Origin: Eubacteriales bacterium | GTDB lineage: Bacteria; Bacillota; Clostridia; Oscillospirales; CAG-272 | Assembly (NCBI GenBank): GCA_045635885.1 | Contig: JAZTWO010000076.1 | Span: forward strand, 15,054-79,053 | Direction of reading: 5' to 3' | Length of the DNA: 64,000 bases | Shown: one piece after another, positions 36,725 through 46,429 of the stretch | How the letters are laid out: every line of letters starts with the position of its first letter | Numbering within the stretch: position 1 is the first letter of the stretch | The notes under the pieces: model-generated | The model's database searches: none | Told to the model about the DNA's origin: nothing | What the model saw: only the letters and a program-made list of their open reading frames with translations | Made by a program: the position numbers and the translations under genes

Positions 36725-39415
36725 TTATTTGTTTTTCTTAATTTGTCTTGTTATCAATTTTGTGATTTCAACAATAGGAATTACAAGGATTGCAAGACCC
36801 AATGCGATACCGTATTCTGTGATATCAAGATGTGCAAGACTGAATGCTTCTGCAAGGAAGTCAATTTCAATTACTGCAGTTGTAAGCAAGAATGAAAGAA
36901 TTCCTGCGCCCCAGAGCCAAACGTTCTGAGTCTTCATCTTGAAGATTGAGCCGTGAAGTGATCTCATATTAAATGCGTGGAAAATTTCTGCCATTGAAAG
37001 TGTCAAGAATGCCATTGAAGTACCAAGCATTTCTGCACTATAAGTTCCTGCAGCAATTGCTTCTGCGTGGTGGAGTTGTGCAAGCCAATCACGACCAATG
37101 ATGTAAGAAGCAAGAGTGATAATTGTTACAAGAGCACCCTGATATACTACTGCAAAGCCAAGGCCACCTGCGAAAATGCCTTCTTTGGAATCACGAGGAG
37201 CGCGTTTCATAACGTCATCTTCGGGCTTTTCCATACCAAGAGCAAGTGCGGGGAAGCAGTCAGTAATAAGGTTAATCCAAAGCAAGTGAACTGCCAAGAA
37301 AATGTTCTGAATACCAAGAAGTGTTGCAAAGAAGATTGTAAGCACTTCAGAGAGGTTGGAAGCAAGAAGGAACTGAATAGCTTTTCTGATGTTATCGTAA
37401 ATTCTACGACCTTCACCTGCGGCTGAAACGATTGTTGCAAAGTTGTCGTCTGCAAGAATCATATCAGCAACGTTCTTAGTAACGTCAGTACCTGTAATAC
37501 CCATACCAACACCAATGTCGGCATTTTTAATAGAGGGAGCATCGTTTACACCGTCGCCTGTCATAGCGGTAATCTTACCTTTTTTACGCCAAGCATTAAC
37601 TATTCTTGTCTTATGCTCGGGTTGAACACGTGCGTAAACGGAATATTTTTCAACAAGAGTTTCAAAATCTTCATCTGAAATATCGTCAAGCTCTGCACCT
37701 GTAATTGCTTGAGATGCATCACTGATAATACCAAGCTGTGTTGCAATAGCAACTGCAGTGTCCTTATGGTCACCTGTAATCATAATGGGACGAATACCTG
37801 CAAGACGGCACTGGTCAATAGCAGGTTTAACTTCGGGACGAACGGGGTCGATCATACCAACCATACCGATAAAGCAAAGATTATTTTCAACTGCCTCTGC
37901 TTCATAAACTGTGGGAGCAGCATCAAGATCTTTGTAAGCGGCAGCAAGTACACGAAGCGCACGGTCTGCCATGCCTTTGTTTGCGGCAAGGATTTGTGAT
38001 CTGATTTCGTCATTAAGAGGAGTTACCTTGCCACCAATGAGGGCGGAAGTACAAACCTTAAGAATTTCATCAGGAGCACCCTTTGTGAACTGAACGAACT
38101 TGCCGTTTTCTTTTGTATGAACTGTGGTCATCATCTTACGCATAGAGTCGAAGGGAACTTCGCCAACACGCACGAAAATGTTCTTTTGAGTGTTTTTAGA
38201 AAGATTAAGTGTTTCTGCATAGTTAACAAGAGCACATTCTGTGGGCTCACCAACAGCTGTACCTTCCTTAACGTCAAATTCTGCGTCAGAGCAAAGTGAC
38301 ATTGCGTTTGCAAGAAGGGCTTCGTCTTCGCCATGGTGGTCAACAACGGTCATCTTGTTTTGTGTAAGAGTACCTGTCTTGTCGGAGCAGATAATCTGTG
38401 TGCATCCAAGAGTTTCAACCGCAGTAAGCTTACGAATAATGGCATTTCTCTTGGACATATTAGTAACACCGATTGAAAGAACGATTGTTACAACAGTTGA
38501 AAGACCTTCAGGAATTGCTGCAACCGCAAGGGAAATAGCAACCATAAAGAAGTCCATAACCTTATCGAATGTAAATGCACCTGTTGTTACAAGTTCACGA
38601 ATAACGTTAATGCCAAATACGAGAATAGAAATGATGATTACGAGAACTGTGAGGATTTTTGAAAGCTGAGAAAGCTTTACCTGAAGGGGAGTTTTACCTT
38701 CTTGAGCATTTGCAAGAGCATCTGCAATCTTACCCATTTCAGTATCCATACCTGTGCCGGTTACAACTGCTTTTGCTCGTCCGTAAACGATAACACTACC
38801 CATGTAAACCATGTTCTTGCGGTCACCGAGTGTAACCTCGTCAGATTCAATTATATTTTCAGTTTTGTTTACAGGAACGGATTCACCGGTAAGAGCGGCT
38901 TCTTCCGCTTTAAGAGAAGCACACTCAATAATTCTTGCATCTGCAGGAACTGCGTCGCCTGCTTCAAGAACGATAATATCACCAACTACAAGATCTTCAC
39001 TTTTAACAGTGATTTGGCGTCCGTCACGAATAACCTTACTTGTTGCAGCGGCAATTTCTTGCAAAGCTTCAATTGCTTTTTCTGCCTTGCTTTCTTGAAG
39101 AACGCCGAGAATAGCGTTGATAAGAACTACTGCAAGAATAATAACGACGTCTGAGGGGAAGCCGAAATGACCGCTTGTAACACCCTCATAGATTTCCATG
39201 CCTGCAGAGATAGCTGCAGCAACGATAAGAATGATGGTCATGGGTTCTGCAAGCTGCTTCATAAAGCGCTTGAACATAGACTCTTTTTGACCTTCAGCGA
39301 GTTTGTTTTTTCCATTTTTTTCAAGACGTGACTGAGCTTCTATTGAAGAGAGACCGTTTTCGTTAGTTGAAAAATGGGAAAGAACTTCTTCTTTGGAATT
39401 GTTGTAGAAATTCAT
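36725..39415 (-). CDS. P2-type cation-transporting ATPase (Ca2+/Mn2+ exporter class, YloB/MgtA-like)
   Basis: Motifs TGES, PEGL, DKTGTLT, MITGDH and GDGVNDAP. ATG 39415 follows AAAAAGGAG. The 45 extra N-terminal codons in the ORF track cover the riboswitch leader. Confidence 0.9.
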   Translation of the reverse strand: MNFYNNSKEEVLSHFSTNENGLSSIEAQSRLEKNGKNKLAEGQKESMFKRFMKQLAEPMTIILIVAAAISAGMEIYEGVTSGHFGFPSDVVIILAVVLINAILGVLQESKAEKAIEALQEIAAATSKVIRDGRQITVKSEDLVVGDIIVLEAGDAVPADARIIECASLKAEEAALTGESVPVNKTENIIESDEVTLGDRKNMVYMGSVIVYGRAKAVVTGTGMDTEMGKIADALANAQEGKTPLQVKLSQLSKILTVLVIIISILVFGINVIRELVTTGAFTFDKVMDFFMVAISLAVAAIPEGLSTVVTIVLSIGVTNMSKRNAIIRKLTAVETLGCTQIICSDKTGTLTQNKMTVVDHHGEDEALLANAMSLCSDAEFDVKEGTAVGEPTECALVNYAETLNLSKNTQKNIFVRVGEVPFDSMRKMMTTVHTKENGKFVQFTKGAPDEILKVCTSALIGGKVTPLNDEIRSQILAANKGMADRALRVLAAAYKDLDAAPTVYEAEAVENNLCFIGMVGMIDPVRPEVKPAIDQCRLAGIRPIMITGDHKDTAVAIATQLGIISDASQAITGAELDDISDEDFETLVEKYSVYARVQPEHKTRIVNAWRKKGKITAMTGDGVNDAPSIKNADIGVGMGITGTDVTKNVADMILADDNFATIVSAAGEGRRIYDNIRKAIQFLLASNLSEVLTIFFATLLGIQNIFLAVHLLWINLITDCFPALALGMEKPEDDVMKRAPRDSKEGIFAGGLGFAVVYQGALVTIITLASYIIGRDWLAQLHHAEAIAAGTYSAEMLGTSMAFLTLSMAEIFHAFNMRSLHGSIFKMKTQNVWLWGAGILSFLLTTAVIEIDFLAEAFSLAHLDITEYGIALGLAILVIPIVEITKLITRQIKKNK

Positions 39416-39451
39416 TTTTTTCTCCTTTTTAAATTTATTGAAGTGACTTGC

Positions 39452-39566
39452 ATAAAAAAGACTCAAGTGTTGGTTAAACACTTGAGTCTTGTTCATTAAG
39501 ATATGCCAGACCGAGTGGTCATGATGTTGACATATCACGTTAATACGCAAACTACTCCCTCGAGTG
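39452..39566 (-). promoter_or_regulatory. Probable yybP-ykoY (Mn2+) riboswitch with terminator expression platform
   Basis: The minus-strand leader reads CACUCGAG-GGAGUAG...GUCAACAU...AACAAGA-CUCAAGUG. The conserved GGAGUAG and CAAGA boxes are flanked by a P1 helix (7 of 8 pairs). The 3' P1 strand is also the 5' arm of a 14-bp terminator hairpin (39458-39490) followed by UUUUUU. It sits 5' of a P-type ATPase, a known genomic context for this riboswitch class. Confidence 0.65.
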
Positions 39567-39571
39567 TTTAT

Positions 39572-39600
39572 ATTATATCACATTGTCTAATTTTTGTCAA
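39572..39600 (-). promoter_or_regulatory. Sigma-A promoter of the riboswitch-ATPase unit
   Basis: On the minus strand: TTGACA, a 17-nt spacer, then TATAAT. Both hexamers match the consensus exactly, and the promoter lies directly upstream of the riboswitch. Confidence 0.75.
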
Positions 39601-39618
39601 GAAAAATATTAACATTTT

Positions 39619-40680
39619 TTAATTAATTATTCCGCCACCAACCACAATATCTCCATCATAAAGAACAACTGATTGACCTCTTGTTATCGCACGTTGAGGT
39701 TCGTCAAATGTTACTTTAATTGTGTCTTTATCAATTTGTTCAACAGTAGCAGGTTGTTCCTTTTGATTGTAGCGGATTTTGGCTTTAACTTTAATTGGCT
39801 CGGTGATTTTTTCACAAGAAATAAGATTAATATTACTTGCGGTGAGTGTTGTTCCAAAAAGTTCGGAATTGCGTGCAAGAGTAACTGTGTTGTTTTCAAG
39901 ATTTTTTTCAACAACGTACATCGGTTCTCCAAGAGCGATGCCAAGTCCTTTGCGTTGACCAATGGTGTAATTAATAATTCCTTGATGTGTTCCCAGGATA
40001 TTTCCGTTAAGGTCAATAAAATTACCTTTTTTAAATGTTTCTCCCGTAGTTTTTTCAATAAATGATACGTAGTCACCGTCGGGAATAAAACAAACGTCCT
40101 GGCTATCTTTTTTTCTTGCATTAACAAATCCGATTTGCTCTGCAAGATTGCGTGCATCTGCTTTGGTCATCTCTCCTAAAGGGAAGATAGTGTGTGCCAA
40201 TTGATTTTGAGTAAGAGAATAGAGAACGTAGCTTTGATCCTTGGTCAAATCCAAGGCTTTTTTCAGTAAATAACGTCCGTTTTCGCCTTTTTTAATGCGT
40301 GCATAATGACCTGTGGCAACTGCGCCATAACCACGCTCCATAGCCATTTTAAGAAGCTGTTCGAATTTTATTTTTCGATTACAAACAACACAAGGGTTGG
40401 GAGTAGAACCGTTTTTATAGCAATTTATAAAATCTCCAATAACGCATTCCTTAAAAGCCGCACCAAAGTCGTGTGTTTCGTGAGGAATGCCAAGAATATC
40501 GCAAACGGATTTGGCATCTTTAATATCTTGGGCAGAGCAACAGGAGTTTTCACCATATATTAAATTGTCGCTTTCGTCGTGCAACTTCATAGTAACGCCA
40601 ATTGCTTCGTTGCTTTGCTTAATGAGATAAGCAGAAACGGCACTGTCAACTCCGCCACTCATTGCAACAAGAACTTTCAT
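39619..40680 (-). CDS. mnmA: tRNA 2-thiouridine(34) synthase
   Basis: PP-loop SGGVDSAV and the Cys motif NPCVVCN. ATG 40680 follows AAAGGAG; the ORF-track start 40716 is an extension. Confidence 0.9.
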   Translation of the reverse strand: MKVLVAMSGGVDSAVSAYLIKQSNEAIGVTMKLHDESDNLIYGENSCCSAQDIKDAKSVCDILGIPHETHDFGAAFKECVIGDFINCYKNGSTPNPCVVCNRKIKFEQLLKMAMERGYGAVATGHYARIKKGENGRYLLKKALDLTKDQSYVLYSLTQNQLAHTIFPLGEMTKADARNLAEQIGFVNARKKDSQDVCFIPDGDYVSFIEKTTGETFKKGNFIDLNGNILGTHQGIINYTIGQRKGLGIALGEPMYVVEKNLENNTVTLARNSELFGTTLTASNINLISCEKITEPIKVKAKIRYNQKEQPATVEQIDKDTIKVTFDEPQRAITRGQSVVLYDGDIVVGGGIIN

Positions 40681-40694
40681 TGAAAAACTCCTTT

Positions 40695-41207
40695 CTATAT
40701 TTTGTAGTCTTCCCACATAAACGTTGTGGGAGTGCCTTCTTCAAGCAATCCATCAAAATCATTTTGTCTGAACACTTCATAAACAGCTATTGCAACCGAA
40801 TTTGATAAATTGAGTGAGCGAAGATTGGGTCGCATAGGTATTCTAACACATTTGTCGGGATTTTTTTCAAGCAAAGCTTCAGGAAGCCCTTTGGATTCTT
40901 TTCCAAACATAATGAAAACATCACCACAATAAGTTGCTTCTGTATATTTTCTTGGTGCTTTTGTTGTAAAATAGAATACGTTTGCATTGGGATTTTTATC
41001 AAAGAAATCATCAAGATTTTCATAATATGTGATGTCAAGCAAATGCCAATAATCAAGACCTGCACGTTTGAGCTTTTTATCGTCTATTTCAAATCCCATG
41101 GGTTTAATTATATGTAATGATGCACCGGTTGCAGCACAGGTGCGTGCAATGTTTCCTGTATTTTGGGGAATTTCCGGTTCGTGAAGCACAATATTTATCT
41201 TAGACAT
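40695..41207 (-). CDS. trmL: tRNA (cytidine/uridine(34)-2'-O)-methyltransferase
   Basis: A 170-aa SpoU-type knotted methyltransferase with IVLHEPEIPQNTGNIART and LNLSNSVAIAVYE. Confidence 0.85.
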   Translation of the reverse strand: MSKINIVLHEPEIPQNTGNIARTCAATGASLHIIKPMGFEIDDKKLKRAGLDYWHLLDITYYENLDDFFDKNPNANVFYFTTKAPRKYTEATYCGDVFIMFGKESKGLPEALLEKNPDKCVRIPMRPNLRSLNLSNSVAIAVYEVFRQNDFDGLLEEGTPTTFMWEDYKI

Positions 41208-41358
41208 ATTATTTTCCTTTAAAAATAGATTTACTCTATAGATTATATAATATATCTAAAAAAATTTCAAGAATTATTTTATAAATTTACAAAAAACTAT
41301 GGTAATTATTTAAGTTTTGTAGTATAATAAGATGATATTTTGATTTTTGGAGGATTAA

Positions 41359-44088
41359 ATGGGACTTTTTGATAAGCTCTTTGGTACTTATAGCGAAAGA
41401 GAACTTAAAAAAATAGATAAAACGGTTTCAGAAATTGAGGCACTTGCCGATAAGTATTCTGCAATGAGTGATACAGAACTTTCTGGAATGACCGCAATAT
41501 TTAAATCACGCCTTGCAAAAGGTGAAACACTTGACAATATTCTTCCTGATGCATTTGCTGCGGTTAGAGAAGCGGCAGATCGTGTGCTTGGAAAGAGACC
41601 TTTTAGAGTGCAGATTATTGGTGGTATTATTCTTCATCAAGGAAGAATTGCTGAAATGAAAACAGGTGAAGGAAAAACACTTGTTGCAACAATGCCCGCA
41701 TATCTTAACGCACTTACAGGAGAGGGCGTGCATATTGTAACTGTAAACGATTATCTTGCTTCTCGTGACAGTGAAGAAATGGGTAGAGTTTATGGATTTA
41801 TGGGACTTACAACAGGTCTTGTAGTTCATGGACAAACTTCACAACAAAAGCAGGAAGCATATAATGCCGACATTACTTACGGTACAAATAATGAATTTGG
41901 CTTTGACTATCTTCGTGATAACATGGTTGTATATAAGCAAAATCTTGCTCAACGTGGACATTCATTCGCAATCGTTGACGAGGTTGACTCTATTTTAATT
42001 GACGAAGCAAGAACACCTTTGATTATTTCAGGTGCTGGTGATCCGTCAACAGATCTTTACACCAAGGCAGATACACTTGTTCGTAAGTTTAAAAAGCTTG
42101 TAGTTAAAGAAATGGATACAAAAGAGGACCAAGAGGACGTTGATGCAGATTATATCGTTGACGAAAAGGCAAAGAATGCAGTTATTACTCCTCGTGGTAC
42201 AAGAAAAGCAGAGCAGTTCTTTGGCATTGAAAACCTTAGTGATCCTGAAAATAACGAAATTGCACATCACATCAATCAGGCAATTAGAGCTTATGGCACT
42301 ATGAAACGTGATGATGACTATGTTGTTAATGAAAACGGAGTTATGATTGTTGACTCCTTTACAGGCCGTCTTATGCCCGGAAGAAGATATTCAAATGGTC
42401 TTCATCAGGCAATTGAAGCTAAAGAGGGTGTTAAGATAGAAAAAGAAAATCAAACTCTTGCTACAATTACATTCCAAAACTATTTCAGAATGTATAAAAA
42501 ACTTTCCGGTATGACAGGTACTGCACTTACAGAAGATGCAGAATTCCGTGAAATATATATGATTGACGTTGTTGAAATTCCCACTAATAGACCTATGATT
42601 AGAGTGGACCACAACGATATGCTTTATAAGAGCATCAATGCTAAATATAAGGCGATTGTTAATCAGGTAAAGGAATGTCACGCAAAGGGGCAACCTGTTC
42701 TTGTCGGAACAGTTTCTATTGATAAATCTGAGATTCTCTCAAAGCTTTTGCAAAGAGAGGGAATTCAGCACACCGTTCTTAATGCAAAGCTTCACGAAAA
42801 AGAAGCTGAGATAGTTGCGCAGGCAGGTAAGTTTGGTGCAGTTACCATTGCTACTAATATGGCAGGACGTGGAACTGACATTATGCTTGGTGGTAACTCT
42901 GAGTTTATGGCAAAGAACGAAATGCGCAAACAGGGATTTTCTGACGAGCTTATTGCAGTTTCAACAGGAACTGCCATTGTTGATGACGAAGAAATAATGA
43001 ATGCTCGCAGAACATTTGCAGAGCTAAATAAGAAGTTCAAAAAGGAAATTGAACCTGAAGCGCAAAAGGTTAGAGAAGCGGGTGGTCTTTTCATCCTTGG
43101 CTCTGAAAGGCACGAATCACGTCGAATTGACAATCAGCTTCGTGGACGTTCAGGCCGTCAAGGCGACCCCGGTGAATCATGCTTCTTCCTTTCACTTGAA
43201 GACGATCTTATTCGTCTTTTCGGTGGTGAAAAAGCGCAGATTGTTGCTAATAACCTTGGTATGAATGACGAGGATTGCCTTGACCTTAGATTCTTCTCAA
43301 ACGTGATTGAAACCTCACAAAAGAAGATTGAGGATAGAAACTTTAAAATCAGAAAGAACGTTCTTGCTTATGACGATGTAATGAATAAGCAAAGAGAACT
43401 TATTTACAAGCAAAGACAGGATGTTCTTAATGGTGTTGATATTTCAGGCAAGATTGTCAATATGATTAATGATACAGTTTCATATAAAGCGCAGGAATTC
43501 TATCATGCAGAAGATAGAACAATTGACCTTAACGGACTTGAGGCATTCTTTAGATTCCTTTTGGGTGAGAATTATCCCCATACACAAATCAGAGAGCTTG
43601 CAGATAAATGCAATATTGATGAAATTGTAGAATTGCTTTGCGAACGTGCAGAAATCGTTTATAAAGAAAAAGAAGAAATCTTTGGCGCAGAAAACATGCG
43701 TGAAATTGAAAGAGCAATTCTTCTTCGTAACGTTGACCAAAAGTGGATGGAACACATTGATGCTATGGATGATCTTAAGAGCAGTGTTGCTTTTGAAACC
43801 TATGCTCAAAGAGATCCCGTTAACGAATATCGTTTCCGTGGTGCAGATATGTTTGACGAGCTTGTTACCGATATAAGAGAGAATACTGCAAGAATGATTC
43901 TTTCTCTTACTAAAAAAGCTCCCGATACACAAAGAGTTCAAATAGCTAACCCAATTATGACATCTGCTTCAGGTGAAATTGCTAAAAAGCATATTACCGT
44001 AAAGAAAGCAGAAAAAGTTGGCAGAAATGATCCATGCCCTTGTGGAAGTGGCAAGAAATATAAAGCTTGTTGCGGTGCAAATAGATAA
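41359..44088 (+). CDS. secA: Preprotein translocase ATPase SecA
   Basis: Motor motifs MKTGEGKT and DEVDS, and the C-terminal zinc finger CPCGSGKKYKACCG; GGAGG SD. Confidence 0.95.
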   Translation: MGLFDKLFGTYSERELKKIDKTVSEIEALADKYSAMSDTELSGMTAIFKSRLAKGETLDNILPDAFAAVREAADRVLGKRPFRVQIIGGIILHQGRIAEMKTGEGKTLVATMPAYLNALTGEGVHIVTVNDYLASRDSEEMGRVYGFMGLTTGLVVHGQTSQQKQEAYNADITYGTNNEFGFDYLRDNMVVYKQNLAQRGHSFAIVDEVDSILIDEARTPLIISGAGDPSTDLYTKADTLVRKFKKLVVKEMDTKEDQEDVDADYIVDEKAKNAVITPRGTRKAEQFFGIENLSDPENNEIAHHINQAIRAYGTMKRDDDYVVNENGVMIVDSFTGRLMPGRRYSNGLHQAIEAKEGVKIEKENQTLATITFQNYFRMYKKLSGMTGTALTEDAEFREIYMIDVVEIPTNRPMIRVDHNDMLYKSINAKYKAIVNQVKECHAKGQPVLVGTVSIDKSEILSKLLQREGIQHTVLNAKLHEKEAEIVAQAGKFGAVTIATNMAGRGTDIMLGGNSEFMAKNEMRKQGFSDELIAVSTGTAIVDDEEIMNARRTFAELNKKFKKEIEPEAQKVREAGGLFILGSERHESRRIDNQLRGRSGRQGDPGESCFFLSLEDDLIRLFGGEKAQIVANNLGMNDEDCLDLRFFSNVIETSQKKIEDRNFKIRKNVLAYDDVMNKQRELIYKQRQDVLNGVDISGKIVNMINDTVSYKAQEFYHAEDRTIDLNGLEAFFRFLLGENYPHTQIRELADKCNIDEIVELLCERAEIVYKEKEEIFGAENMREIERAILLRNVDQKWMEHIDAMDDLKSSVAFETYAQRDPVNEYRFRGADMFDELVTDIRENTARMILSLTKKAPDTQRVQIANPIMTSASGEIAKKHITVKKAEKVGRNDPCPCGSGKKYKACCGANR

Positions 44089-44091
44089 TTC

Positions 44092-44122
44092 AAAAAACGG
44101 TGGATTTAATCCACCGTTTTTC
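44092..44122. terminator. Bidirectional terminator between secA and the LRR gene
   Basis: AAAAACGGTGGAT-tta-ATCCACCGTTTTT. Confidence 0.8.
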
Positions 44123-45315
44123 TACTTTTTAATTGTACCGTCAATGCAGTATATTGTATAGTTAGAGGTGCCCAAATCCCATTCTTCGTCTTTTTTAAGA
44201 TTGAGCCAATCATTTATTGTTCCATTAAAGTGAATTTCTTTAAGGTTGTTGCAATATTCAAATATACGCATATTTAACTTGGATATGTTTGCGCCAAGAT
44301 AAACAACCTCAAGATTTGAACAACTAGCAAATGCGTAATTTTCGATTGTGGTAACACTATCGGGCAAAACTACAGTTTTAAGTGCTTTGCATTTGTAAAA
44401 AGCTTTTTGACCTATAAACGTTAAGCCATTGCCCAAATACATATTTTCAAGGTCAAAGCACTGATAAAATGCATTGTTTTCGATTTTTGTAATAGAATCG
44501 GGAAGTATAATTCCTTTAATGTTTGAATAACTAAAAGCAGAGGAATCAATAGCCCATACATTTTGCTCATTGTGAAAATTTGGGATACATAAAATGGAAT
44601 CCTCACAAGTGCCAATGTCAATCACAATACCATTGCTAATATGAAGATATTTTGAAACAACAATGTCTTCAACTCTTAAAATCTTGTTACAATAAATGCA
44701 AGGGAATTGCTTTTCATCGTTTTTCACAATCCAATCGCCCTCTGCATGTGAAAGCTTTGAAACAAGCTCTGTTTCTTCTTTGCCGCATTCGTTGCAAATG
44801 CGCTTTTGCAACCCGTCAATTTCACATTGAGGTGCTAAATCAATAATCCACTCGCCAAAAGAGTGTCCCTTTGCAGCGTGGATAAGTGTGTCGGTTGCCA
44901 AGCATTCACAATGACGAATACTTTCTCCTTTTTCCGTGCAGGTTGCTTCTTTTGATAAAATGTATTCTCCCCAAGTGTGAGTATGTCCCTCAAGAGAATT
45001 AACACTCAATGTTTTTTCACAAACTGTGCAAACAGTTTTTTGAATGTTTTTGTCGGGGTCATACATCAATTCGCTTTCGGAGTGTGGAAGTTTGTCGTGC
45101 TTCTTTTCCTGCACCTTGCCGCATTCACAAAATCTTTGCTCAATGCCATATTGTGTGCAGGTGGCATCTCTAACTTTTTCCCATTCACCAAACGAATGAA
45201 CGTGCCTAAAGATAATAAGCAGAGATATTATCAATACAATACTAATTAATAAACCAATTGAAAGTATTGTAAGTTGCTTTTTTCTTAATTTCTTGTTTTT
45301 TGAAATGAGCTTCAT
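44122..45315 (-). CDS. Membrane-anchored BspA-type leucine-rich-repeat surface protein with Cys/His mini-modules
   Basis: N-terminal TM anchor (LTILSIGLLISIVLIISLLIIF). At least three H...C...C.(.)C...H modules. C-terminal LRR_5-type repeats (I.LPDS.T.IE..AF..C..L). Confidence 0.8.
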   Translation of the reverse strand: MKLISKNKKLRKKQLTILSIGLLISIVLIISLLIIFRHVHSFGEWEKVRDATCTQYGIEQRFCECGKVQEKKHDKLPHSESELMYDPDKNIQKTVCTVCEKTLSVNSLEGHTHTWGEYILSKEATCTEKGESIRHCECLATDTLIHAAKGHSFGEWIIDLAPQCEIDGLQKRICNECGKEETELVSKLSHAEGDWIVKNDEKQFPCIYCNKILRVEDIVVSKYLHISNGIVIDIGTCEDSILCIPNFHNEQNVWAIDSSAFSYSNIKGIILPDSITKIENNAFYQCFDLENMYLGNGLTFIGQKAFYKCKALKTVVLPDSVTTIENYAFASCSNLEVVYLGANISKLNMRIFEYCNNLKEIHFNGTINDWLNLKKDEEWDLGTSNYTIYCIDGTIKK

Positions 45316-45396
45316 TTTGAATTTTTGTTCCTTTAAAATAAACTGTATCTTATAATATCACAATTTATCGAATTTTGCAACAAAAACCTCAAAATT

Positions 45397-46314
45397 TTAT
45401 ATCAATATGGGTGCGGTAAAAAGTGCACGTTTGATTTGAGTATATATTTTATCCAAATCGCTAAAAGGCAAAGGATTTTCCCCCAAACCACATTCAAAGG
45501 TAAATGATGGTTTGTCGAATTCTTCAATAAACCAATCAGTAAATCCACCATATTTTGCCGTGCCGCTTGGAAATGAAATTTTGTATCCTGTAAGTCGAGA
45601 AAGAGTTTGAACCATGGGCAGGGAAGCTGCGCATGATTTTTCACCACTTGTGTAATAAATTTCTTCCCCCTGTGTGTGAAGAGCTATTGCAAGCTCGGGC
45701 TTTTCCAATCTGACAAAGTTGCATAACGCACGAGTTTCGGGTTCGCTTTCGGAATACTCTCCACTATATTTTGTGGGTGAGCCACTATTGATGTTCATAT
45801 TTCTCTCAACGATTTTGTATTCTTCAAATCCCGAATTATAGTTGTGATTTAGGTCAACCCCTCTTGCATTAGCTTGCCAATGAGAAAAATCCGGATTTTG
45901 ATTATTCATTTTTATCAAACGGTGCTTAAGAATATTGTTGTCAGCGATACCGTGAATGCTGTATTCAACACCATCGGGATTTAACATTGGTACGATATGA
46001 ATTTTTCGTGTTTCAAACAATACCTTTGCAGATATGTCAAAAATATGTATGCCACTTTTGTATTCTTCACAAAAATCTTCAACAAACTTTATTAAAAGCG
46101 CACTTGTAATCCACTCTGTCCCGTGGTGCGCACCGATATAAATTACATTTTTCTTTCCATTCCCGAGTGTTAAAAGGGGAATGCCTTTTCCAAAAATGCT
46201 TTTTCCAATATTTCCAACCTTTAAAAAGTCATATTTCTGCAAAAGATTGTGGATGCAAAATTCCATATTTTTATAATCAAAACTGTTTTTATATTCCGAA
46301 AGAACACTATTCAT
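45397..46314 (-). CDS. M14 zinc carboxypeptidase (gamma-D-glutamyl-meso-DAP peptidase-like)
   Basis: Zinc motif GAHHGTEW; about 305 aa. ATG 46314 is one codon inside the ORF-track TTG start. Confidence 0.8.
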   Translation of the reverse strand: MNSVLSEYKNSFDYKNMEFCIHNLLQKYDFLKVGNIGKSIFGKGIPLLTLGNGKKNVIYIGAHHGTEWITSALLIKFVEDFCEEYKSGIHIFDISAKVLFETRKIHIVPMLNPDGVEYSIHGIADNNILKHRLIKMNNQNPDFSHWQANARGVDLNHNYNSGFEEYKIVERNMNINSGSPTKYSGEYSESEPETRALCNFVRLEKPELAIALHTQGEEIYYTSGEKSCAASLPMVQTLSRLTGYKISFPSGTAKYGGFTDWFIEEFDKPSFTFECGLGENPLPFSDLDKIYTQIKRALFTAPILI

Positions 46315-46387
46315 CAATCATACACCGCCTTATCAACAAGTAAATTAATAAAATATATGAAAGTTGACGAAAATTATTGACAAAACC

Positions 46388-46416
46388 TTGAAATTTAGAA
46401 AAAAATAGTATATAAT
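46388..46416 (+). promoter_or_regulatory. Candidate sigma-A promoter pointing toward rsmA, upstream of the antisense tRNA-Thr
   Basis: TTGAAA, a 17-nt spacer, then TATAAT on the plus strand. The function is uncertain because the tRNA-Thr terminator hairpin lies just downstream. Confidence 0.4.
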
Positions 46417-46429
46417 TAGAATGTTAAAC

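Noticed and set aside
36713-36727. An (ATT)n microsatellite giving five consecutive in-frame TAA stops after the ATPase gene.
   Set aside because: The feature is real in the sequence, but it is most simply an AT-rich terminator flank. There is no evidence of function beyond redundant stops.
39416-39550. The 45-codon N-terminal extension of the P-type ATPase ORF.
   Set aside because: It covers the riboswitch and terminator leader. An AAAAAGGAG SD precedes the internal ATG at 39415, which yields the conserved ATPase N-terminus.
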